From: Candidatus Krumholzibacteriales bacterium
GTDB taxonomy: Bacteria > Krumholzibacteriota > Krumholzibacteriia > Krumholzibacteriales > WJIX01
Assembly: GCA_046483305.1 (NCBI GenBank)
Contig: JAWODM010000036.1
Span: 1-12,694 of the forward strand
Direction: 5' to 3'
Length of the DNA stretch: 12,694 nucleotides
Part shown: piece by piece, positions 1-6,160 of the stretch
Layout of the letters: each line of letters opens with the position of its first letter
How positions within the stretch are numbered: position 1 is the stretch's first letter
The notes under the pieces: generated by a model
What the model was told of the DNA's origin: nothing
Database searches by the model: none
The model's input: only the letters and a program-made list of their open reading frames with translations
Position numbers and translations under genes: made by a program

Positions 1-2
1 CT

Positions 3-713
3 TTCAGATTTCTTCAGGATAACAGCAAATTCCCCAAATACAGTTGGATAAAGTTAGATTTACAGAAAAATACAAGTGATTTCAGACCGGAAAGTTACAG
101 GCCTGAATTGGGTGTTGATGAAAAAATAAAGATTATAGATAAAATAGGCACAGAGAATAATTGGGCATTGAGAAAACAATATGTGTTAAGAGAAGTTTTC
201 CATTCGATGAATGATTTGATCGGGCTTGCTAAAAATCCAGAGTTAAACAAATCATTAGCAGTAGTAAAACCAGAAAGAATAATTGATTTCAAAGTAGCGG
301 AGACACAGCGGGATTGGAAAGAAAAATGGAGAAAATTATGGAAACAGACATCAATTTTCGACCTTGACCCTTTCGGCAACATTAAGGAAAGGGAATTAAT
401 TTCAAAGTTACCTTATGAGTACCGTTACCAATTTTTAACAAAGGGAGATTCAAATCCCAGAACAGCCATAATTGAAGACTGGGAAATTGGAGCATTATTC
501 TGGAATTGCCTGAAGCGATATGATGGTGATGAAGAAAGAGCAAATCATAAAGTGAGGGAAAAATATTTTGAAGAATTCATAAATAGAAAAGATCTGTATT
601 TTTTTATGGGAACCACACTGGCAAATCATATTAAGGCTCCAAACCCCTTTATTATAATAGGAGTATTTTATCCACCGAAAGTTCCTCAAATTCCACTGCC
701 TTTCAATGAATAA
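3..713 (+). CDS. Hypothetical protein, 5'-truncated by the window edge (AT-rich gene)
   Basis: The frame of ORF 108..713 is open back to position 3 (FRFLQDNSKFPKYSWIKLDLQKNTSDFRPESYRPELG...), so the TTG at 108 is probably not the true start; stop TAA 711-713. Motifs F.KY.WI / D.RPESY / IEDWEIGALFWNC / FIIIGVFYPP resemble, from memory and unverified, a conserved hypothetical family often found beside DUF488 genes. Bases 1-60 are 20/60 GC versus 32/60 for 901-960. Confidence 0.85.
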   Translation, partial: FRFLQDNSKFPKYSWIKLDLQKNTSDFRPESYRPELGVDEKIKIIDKIGTENNWALRKQYVLREVFHSMNDLIGLAKNPELNKSLAVVKPERIIDFKVAETQRDWKEKWRKLWKQTSIFDLDPFGNIKERELISKLPYEYRYQFLTKGDSNPRTAIIEDWEIGALFWNCLKRYDGDEERANHKVREKYFEEFINRKDLYFFMGTTLANHIKAPNPFIIIGVFYPPKVPQIPLPFNE

Positions 714-870
714 AAAAGAATAGAGAGTATTTCTGAACAATCATCCCTGTTATCTTTCTCGGAATTTTGATTGTATAGCTTATAAATATATATAACGTAG
801 GCATATTTTAACTTAACCTGAATAAGTGGTTTGCTCTGAAGGGGCTTAAAGAGAACCTGGAGCGGGCCTG

Positions 871-1623
871 TCATCCGGGGGACTGAGCTTCATCCTGGCC
901 GAAAACGCGCCTCAGAAGATCGGTGGTACGGGCGATGGGATCTTCCCTGATTTTAAGCTCTTCTTTTCCCAGAACGGTGAACAGGCCATCAAGCGCCCGG
1001 CTGGTAACGTACTCGTCCAGGTCCACCAGCTCAGGTTTTCCTTCGATATCTATGATGTTGTAAGCGTCCGCGAACCTGTTGTAAACCCGGGACAGCCCGA
1101 TACTCTCGATCTTGTTTTCTACTATAGGATGAAACCTCTCTCTCAGGACCGGCCCTGTTTTCCGGCGGAAGTATTCGGTGGCGGAGTTATCCCCGCCCCT
1201 CAGTATCCCGAAGGCGTCCCGGACGGTCATCTCCGTTATGGCGTTCCACAGGACCTGTTTCGCTTCGCCGGCGGCCAGCTCGGCTGCCCTGTTCATGCCG
1301 GATTCCAGTTCGTCCACCAGGCTTCCCATGCCGAAATCCCGCATAATACCGGCAGATTTTCGCAGTTGCTCCGGGATGGCTATACGTATCAGACTGTTCT
1401 CCAGGAACCCGCCCAGGCGGGAGGTTGATTCAACAGTCCTGTCCGCTCCCACCCGGAGAGCTTCCTTTATCCCGGCTGCCACAGTCTGTTCATCCAGAGC
1501 CCCGTTCCTGCCGGCTCCGGTTTCCAGAATCTTTCCAAGTTCTCCGTCCAGGGCGGAGCAGCCGGGTTGAGACAGAAATAGAGCAGCGGCCATGATGACC
1601 GGCGGTAATCTTCTTAATATCAT
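871..1623 (-). CDS. DUF4197 domain-containing protein, probable lipoprotein
   Basis: Family motifs GIKEALRVG, GGFLEN..IRIAIP, MNRAAE.A, ILRGGDNSATEYF, LDEYVT.RALDGLF..LGKEE.KIREDP.ARTTDLL.RVFG. N-terminal hydrophobic stretch ends in a lipobox-like QPG-C. SD-like AGAAGGGG lies upstream on the minus strand. Confidence 0.92.
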   Translation of the reverse strand: MILRRLPPVIMAAALFLSQPGCSALDGELGKILETGAGRNGALDEQTVAAGIKEALRVGADRTVESTSRLGGFLENSLIRIAIPEQLRKSAGIMRDFGMGSLVDELESGMNRAAELAAGEAKQVLWNAITEMTVRDAFGILRGGDNSATEYFRRKTGPVLRERFHPIVENKIESIGLSRVYNRFADAYNIIDIEGKPELVDLDEYVTSRALDGLFTVLGKEELKIREDPIARTTDLLRRVFGQDEAQSPG

Positions 1624-1638
1624 TTTAGCCCCTTCTTT

Positions 1639-2367
1639 TTAATCCAAGGCCTTATTAATCAGTTCCTTGGCTTTTTCAGCTCCCTCGCCGCCCAGATTCT
1701 TCTCTATGATAGATTTCAGTTCAGAGTTTGCCACCTGGGAAACTGCCTTCCCGGCCACGGATTTCAGGATTATCGCTGCGATCTCTCCGGGGGTCGCCCC
1801 CTCTTCGCCTCCGATATCAGTCATCCTGATTTCGGGGAGGGTGACGGTACGTTTTCCCGCTCCCAGCGCCGTCGCGTCCACCTCTATTTCCCCTTCTTCG
1901 AAGATAAACTTCCTTATAATCAGGCGCTTCTGTTCCTTTTCCGTTTCCGCTTCGTCTCCCTTGCCCGCGGTGTACTCTTCCACGTTCCCGCGAAGCTGAT
2001 TAATGTTGGAACTTCCGCCGCCGGTAAACTCCGCGTAGACCACCGGAGCCATCACCCTTATTTCCTCCATGATCATGGGGCTGCTCCGTAGGCTCTCCAC
2101 GTTTATGTCCAGGGTGATGTTATCCATATCAAAAGCGCTGGCGCCGGCGAATCCCTCAGGATTAGCCACATTGAGCCCCTTAATAGAGCCTTTGCTGTCA
2201 CTTATGGAGATATCAACTTCCGATACGGTTACGGAGGTTTGAGTCGCCTCGCTTCCGTACTTTTCGATCATTCCGGCGACCATAGAATTCAGGTTCGAGA
2301 ACAGTAACCAGATCCCGGCCGCAATCACAACTACAATTACCGCCAGTATTATCAGGACTTTCTTCAT
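1639..2367 (-). CDS. AsmA/DUF748-like membrane-anchored periplasmic protein
   Basis: N-terminal signal anchor MKKVLIILAVIVVVIAAGIWLLF, then beta-rich segments with I.GL.VANPEGF and SNINQL, typical of short AsmA-like proteins. Strong SD AAGGAGG 5 nt upstream of the ATG. A 15-nt gap to the DUF4197 gene suggests an operon. Confidence 0.8.
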   Translation of the reverse strand: MKKVLIILAVIVVVIAAGIWLLFSNLNSMVAGMIEKYGSEATQTSVTVSEVDISISDSKGSIKGLNVANPEGFAGASAFDMDNITLDINVESLRSSPMIMEEIRVMAPVVYAEFTGGGSSNINQLRGNVEEYTAGKGDEAETEKEQKRLIIRKFIFEEGEIEVDATALGAGKRTVTLPEIRMTDIGGEEGATPGEIAAIILKSVAGKAVSQVANSELKSIIEKNLGGEGAEKAKELINKALD

Positions 2368-2415
2368 GGTGCCTCCTTCTCTTCAATCCTGCTGTAATTA
2401 TACAATCTCCCTTCC

Positions 2416-2445
2416 ATTATAAGAGCATGTTACTTTTCTGCACAA
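2416..2445 (-). promoter_or_regulatory. Candidate sigma-70 promoter for the asmA-like/DUF4197 operon
   Basis: Minus strand TTGTGC (2445-2440), 18-nt spacer, TATAAT (2421-2416). A second TATAAT lies at 2402-2397. Confidence 0.4.
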
Positions 2446-2665
2446 GCTGTTTCCGAAAGTTATGTATGCCCCCCGGCGGATGAATTCGTCATACCCGATA
2501 CAGCGGCAACTTTCTGTACAACGACAGCGGCAATCTCTATCAGATGAACTTCATCAGGGGTAATGTGCAGGAGTTTGAGAGGTCGAGCAGGCGATGACAG
2601 GAAGGTAATCCAGGTCTTTGAAATTTGCTGCCGTGACCGGCTGAGTTATTTAAATTTCAGAAAAA

Positions 2666-2696
2666 TTGGAATTATGCCCTCCTGATTGTTTATAAT
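2666..2696 (+). promoter_or_regulatory. Candidate sigma-70 promoter for the leader-czcCBA operon
   Basis: TTGGAA (2666-2671), 19-nt spacer, perfect TATAAT (2691-2696), about 50 nt before the leader ATG at 2744. Confidence 0.45.
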
Positions 2697-2743
2697 ATAT
2701 TCAGTAATTGCTGAAGGAGTTTCTTGAACCGGAGATTTGCAGG

Positions 2744-3175
2744 ATGATGCGCGGAATAAGAAATAACCGTTTCCGGGGAGCATTGATAGGGCTGGTTCTC
2801 ACAGCGGGGCTGTGTTTTTCCGGATTCGGATTCTGTCTTAATCACGGGCATTTCTGCGCAGGACTCATTGAATATGCCGGGATCGATCGAATCTGCCAGG
2901 CCCCCTCATCCTATTTCGAAACCTGCGGGGCGGAGGATTCCGGTGATCACGGCGACTGCTGTCATTCCACCGATGATGGAAGGCACAGCTACAGGAAGGG
3001 AGACCTGGCGGTTGCGAGCCTTCAGCCGGAAGACCACAAAACAGCTCCCCCCACGCATCCTGCGGAAACAGGCACCGGAATTTATGAATCAGACAGAATC
3101 CTTCCCATGGATGCTGTAACCGTCTGTTCCTATTCCACCCTCCTGTCACTCAATTCCACAGTAATACTGGCGTGA
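2744..3175 (+). CDS. Cys/His-rich exported leader protein upstream of the metal-efflux operon (CzcI/DUF2946-like by architecture)
   Basis: ORF track gives 2708..3175 (TTG start). ATG at 2744/2747 with GGAG at 2731-2734 is the better start. Basic N-terminus plus hydrophobic helix (RFRGALIGLVLTAGLCFSGFGF), 8 Cys and 7 His (CLNHGHFC, DHGDCCH), a Pro/Thr linker and a hydrophobic C-terminus STLLSLNSTVILA. Confidence 0.75.
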   Translation: MMRGIRNNRFRGALIGLVLTAGLCFSGFGFCLNHGHFCAGLIEYAGIDRICQAPSSYFETCGAEDSGDHGDCCHSTDDGRHSYRKGDLAVASLQPEDHKTAPPTHPAETGTGIYESDRILPMDAVTVCSYSTLLSLNSTVILA

Positions 3176-3274
3176 TCCACAGGCCCACTGATTGATTCAA
3201 TTAAATTGTTTGGAGCCGGTCGTATATCCGAAACGCGGCTATGCCGGCCGGCGGGGTTTGTCAGACAGGATCAC
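3172..3274 (+). promoter_or_regulatory. Predicted mRNA structure pairing the leader stop codon with the czcC ribosome-binding site
   Basis: GTGATCC (3172-3178, contains the TGA stop) is the exact complement of GGATCAC (3268-3274, contains GGA of the SD). ACAGGCCC (3179-3186) pairs with GGGTTTGT (3254-3261, 2 G.U). These stems enclose a GC-rich hairpin 3215-3252. Paired by hand. Confidence 0.6.
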
Positions 3275-3278
3275 CGAT

Positions 3279-4649
3279 ATGTATTCGAACTGCAGAGTAA
3301 TACTGATTTTAATATTGATAATGTCCGCTGGGGGCTGCGCGGGGCCCGGCAGGGACCCGGGGCTTCCGGTAACGGAGGTTACGGCAAACGGATATAAGGC
3401 ATTTGAGCCTGAACCCGCCGCAGGGCCTGCCGGTATCGAACCGGTGGATGTTCTGAGTTTCGAGGAAGCCCTGGACAGGGCGCTGATGTTTAATCCCGAA
3501 CTTCGCGCATTTTCGTGGAATGTGCGCGCCGCCGGCGCCAGAGCGCTTCAGGCCTCCTTATGGAGCAATCCTGAGGTGGAGATCGAATTTGATGAAGTTG
3601 GCGGCAGGGGTGAACTCAGCGGATTCGAAGGCGCCGAGGTGGCCTTTCTTCTCAGCCATCGGATAGAACTCGGGGGCAAGAGGGGCAGGAGGACGGAAGC
3701 TGCCTGCCTGGAAGGCGAAGCTGCAGCCCGGTCCTTCGAGGCAAAACGCCTGTCCGTGTATGCCGAAGTGGTCAAGAGGTTTGCCGGCGCGCTTGCTGCT
3801 CAGGAGTATCTCCGGCTCAACCGGGAACTTCTGGATGTCGCCGAAGAGATGTCCGAAATCGTGGCCCGCAGGGTAGAAGCCGGAAGAGACGCTGAGCTTG
3901 AGAAAACCAGAGCAGAGGTGGTTCTTTCCAATATGAGAATCCGGGAAAAAGCCGCTGTCAGGGAGCTGCGGCTTGCCAGGAAAAGACTGTCGGCGATGTG
4001 GGGAAGCAGCGAGTGCCGTTTCGACGGAGTGGATGGCGATCTTGCCGAGCTGCTGCCGGCGCCTCCGCTGGAGGACCTGGCCCCCCTGCTGGATAATAAC
4101 CCCTTAATAGTCATGGCCGGATTGGAGCATCACAGGAGAAAAGCTCTTCTCAACCTGGAAAAGGCCCTGGCCATACCAGACATAACGGTAAGCGGGGGGA
4201 TCAAGAGGTTCAATGAGACCGGAACGGACCTGTGGGTTCTGGGTTTTTCGGTTCCGATACCCCTGTTCAACCGCAACCAGGGCGGGAGGCTGGCGGCGGC
4301 CGCGGAACTGGATAGAGCCCGGGAAGAGCTCGGGGCGGCCCGTTCACGGCTTACCCTGGAGCTGGAGGAAGCAAGGAGCATTCTTGCCGGCAGCTATGAA
4401 GAAGCGGTTGAACTCAGGGAGAATGTGCTTGCAGGAGCTCAGAAGGTATATCTGGCGGCCGGCAAGAGCTACCGGAGGGGAAAAACCGATTATCTGAACG
4501 TTCTGGACGCACAGAGGACCATGTTCCAGATAAGGAAGCGCTACATAGAAATACTTTCCGAATATCATTCGGCCAGGGCTGACCTGGAGAGGATAACGGG
4601 CGGCCCCCTGGAGCCGGTTAAACCAGTTAGTGAAGGAGAAATGAGATGA
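3279..4649 (+). CDS. czcC: TolC-family outer membrane factor of a heavy-metal RND system (CzcC-like)
   Basis: ORF track 3192..4649. ATG at 3279 follows ACAGGA and gives a lipoprotein signal (RVILILILIMSAGG-C). CzcC motifs: NPEL, IELGGKRG.R, IPDITVSGG, SVPIPLFNRNQG, Y..GK.DYLNVLDAQRT. Stop overlaps the next start (ATGA 4646-4649). Confidence 0.93.
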   Translation: MYSNCRVILILILIMSAGGCAGPGRDPGLPVTEVTANGYKAFEPEPAAGPAGIEPVDVLSFEEALDRALMFNPELRAFSWNVRAAGARALQASLWSNPEVEIEFDEVGGRGELSGFEGAEVAFLLSHRIELGGKRGRRTEAACLEGEAAARSFEAKRLSVYAEVVKRFAGALAAQEYLRLNRELLDVAEEMSEIVARRVEAGRDAELEKTRAEVVLSNMRIREKAAVRELRLARKRLSAMWGSSECRFDGVDGDLAELLPAPPLEDLAPLLDNNPLIVMAGLEHHRRKALLNLEKALAIPDITVSGGIKRFNETGTDLWVLGFSVPIPLFNRNQGGRLAAAAELDRAREELGAARSRLTLELEEARSILAGSYEEAVELRENVLAGAQKVYLAAGKSYRRGKTDYLNVLDAQRTMFQIRKRYIEILSEYHSARADLERITGGPLEPVKPVSEGEMR

Positions 4650-6142
4650 AAACAGGAAGATTGATTATTGTCGCGGTTCTTTCGGCCGCCGTTTCATTAT
4701 TATTTATAAGCTGCGGGGACGATCACGGCCACAGCCACGATGAAGGGACAGACGGCCACCAGCTTGAAGAACCCGTTGACGATCATGGCCACAGCCACGA
4801 TGAGGTGACAGACGGCCACCAGCATGAGGAACCCGTTGACGATCATGGCCACAGCCATGATGAGGGGACAGACGGCCACCAGCATGAGGAACCCGTTGAC
4901 GATCACGGCCACACTCATGAAGAGGCCGCCGGTGAGATTAATCACGGCCACACCCATGACCACGCGGCAGACCTGCCGTCTGATGCCGGGGGGGATGCTG
5001 CCCATGATCATGGGAGCTCAGATGGACCAGCCGGAGCTTACAATAACCATACCCATGAAAACGAATCCCCGGGAACAGTTCATTTGAATCAGGGAGAAAT
5101 TGACAGGTTTGGAATAGATACCGAGCCGGCCGGCCACGGGGTTATAAGGCTGGCCAGGGAGCTTCAGGGAAAACTGGCTGTGAACGAGGACAGGACAGTT
5201 CATGTTGTGCCCAGGGTTTCCGGAATAGTCAGAGAGGTGAGCAGCCGCCTCGGCGACAGGGTCAGGAAGGGAGAGGTTCTGGCTGTCATAGAGAGCGCGG
5301 AGCTGGCTGATCTGAAGGCATCGTATCTGGCGGCCGCCGAGCGTTACGATATCGCAGGGGCGGCCTATCAGCGCGAAAAAAGACTCAGGGACGACGGCAT
5401 ATCCTCGGAGTCGGAATATCTGGAGGCGAAAAAGGCGTTTACGGAGGCGAAAATAGAGAGAAGAAGCAGCCGGCAGAAACTGCTGGCTCTGGGTTTCGAT
5501 GAGGAGTATCTCCAGCGGCTCCGGCGGGAAACGGCGTCGATCTTTACCGAGTTTGCGGTGAGGGCCCCTTTCAGCGGAACAATAATCAGAAAACATATAA
5601 CGGCCGGCGAATCGGTCAGGAGCGATACGGATATCTTTACCATTACCGATATGGACACAGTCTGGGCCGACCTTCAGGTTTTTCAGTCGGACGCGGAGTT
5701 TCTGGAGCCGGGCCAGGAGCTGGAGATCTGGTCTGACCATGGGACCGGTCCGGTACGCGGAAGGATCAGTGTCTTCAATCCGGTTATAGACAGGGATTCA
5801 CGGACATCGCTTGCCAGAGTGGTTCTTGAGAACAGTTCCGGAAGACTCCGGCCGGGAACTTTCATTACCGCCCGGATCGCGGTGGGCAGCCACCCGGCGG
5901 ATCTGGTATTGAAGCGTGACGCAATTCAGGAAATTGGAGGAGCGCACTGCGTTTTCGTGCGGAGCGCGGACGGTTTCGAGGCCAGGCGGGTGGAGCTGGG
6001 GCGTACCAACAGCGAGTACGCGGAGGTCGCCGGCGGACTCGAGCCGGGTGAGTTGGTGGCAGTCAGGAATTCGTTCATGCTGAAGGCGGAACTGAAGAAA
6101 TCGGAGAAGGGTGCCCATGACGGGCACGGGCATTCTCATTAG
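4646..6142 (+). CDS. czcB: RND efflux periplasmic adaptor (CzcB/CusB family) with long His-rich N-terminal extension
   Basis: Lipobox LFIS-C. Biotinyl-lipoyl-like halves VVPRVSGIV...LGDRVRKGEVLAVIES.EL and VRAPFSGTII, plus D.DTVWADLQV, LRPGTFI, FEARRVELG and GGLEPGELV. SD AAGGAG at 4633-4638. C-terminal HDGHGHSH. Confidence 0.95.
   Translation: MKTGRLIIVAVLSAAVSLLFISCGDDHGHSHDEGTDGHQLEEPVDDHGHSHDEVTDGHQHEEPVDDHGHSHDEGTDGHQHEEPVDDHGHTHEEAAGEINHGHTHDHAADLPSDAGGDAAHDHGSSDGPAGAYNNHTHENESPGTVHLNQGEIDRFGIDTEPAGHGVIRLARELQGKLAVNEDRTVHVVPRVSGIVREVSSRLGDRVRKGEVLAVIESAELADLKASYLAAAERYDIAGAAYQREKRLRDDGISSESEYLEAKKAFTEAKIERRSSRQKLLALGFDEEYLQRLRRETASIFTEFAVRAPFSGTIIRKHITAGESVRSDTDIFTITDMDTVWADLQVFQSDAEFLEPGQELEIWSDHGTGPVRGRISVFNPVIDRDSRTSLARVVLENSSGRLRPGTFITARIAVGSHPADLVLKRDAIQEIGGAHCVFVRSADGFEARRVELGRTNSEYAEVAGGLEPGELVAVRNSFMLKAELKKSEKGAHDGHGHSH
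4718..4923 (+). repeat. In-frame 60-bp tandem repeat (3 full copies plus a partial fourth) encoding DDHGHSHDE(G/V)TDGHQ(L/H)EEPV
   Basis: Units 4718-4777, 4778-4837, 4838-4897 and partial 4898-4923. Units 1 and 2 differ at 5 of 60 positions; units 2 and 3 differ at 2 of 60. Confidence 0.97.
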
Positions 6143-6160
6143 AGATCTGGAGTATCAACT

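Noticed and set aside
714..870. Integron attC site or mobile-element end after the AT-rich gene
   Set aside because: TAAC motifs are present, but I found no matching RYYYAAC...GTTRRRY pair with a foldable inverted repeat, and no terminal or target-site repeat.
2530..2560. CTGATGA on the minus strand suggesting a hammerhead ribozyme core
   Set aside because: It is followed by GATA rather than GAAA after a 2-bp stem, and stems I and III cannot be formed.
2581..2640. Resemblance to the NiCo (czcD) riboswitch 5' end: GAGCAGGCGATGAC...TGCTGCCGTG upstream of a metal-efflux operon
   Set aside because: The downstream elements I recall for that riboswitch (GCCGGG, GCAAC, GUGGGAC in a four-way junction) are not present in order; only a simple interrupted hairpin (GGUC/GACC, GGC/GCC) can be drawn. 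The segment also lies upstream of the best -10 (2691). An Infernal scan would settle it.
3192..3278. N-terminal extension of czcC given by the ORF track (likewise 2708-2743 and 10218-10280 for the leader and mltB-like genes)
   Set aside because: Downstream ATGs place the signal peptides at the N-terminus and, for the leader and czcC, have SD sequences. The czcC extension runs through the structured spacer.
4718..4923. Regularly spaced repeats considered as a CRISPR array
   Set aside because: The units are contiguous and in frame within a protein, with no unique spacers and no cas genes.
5018..5740. Long alternative-frame ORFs (5018-5740, 11129-11890, 9426-10007, 11923-12459, 7135-7605, 1178-1570 and other short ones)
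   Set aside because: They overlap well-supported genes, mostly antisense, and have no recognisable motifs; such shadow ORFs are expected in GC-rich coding DNA.
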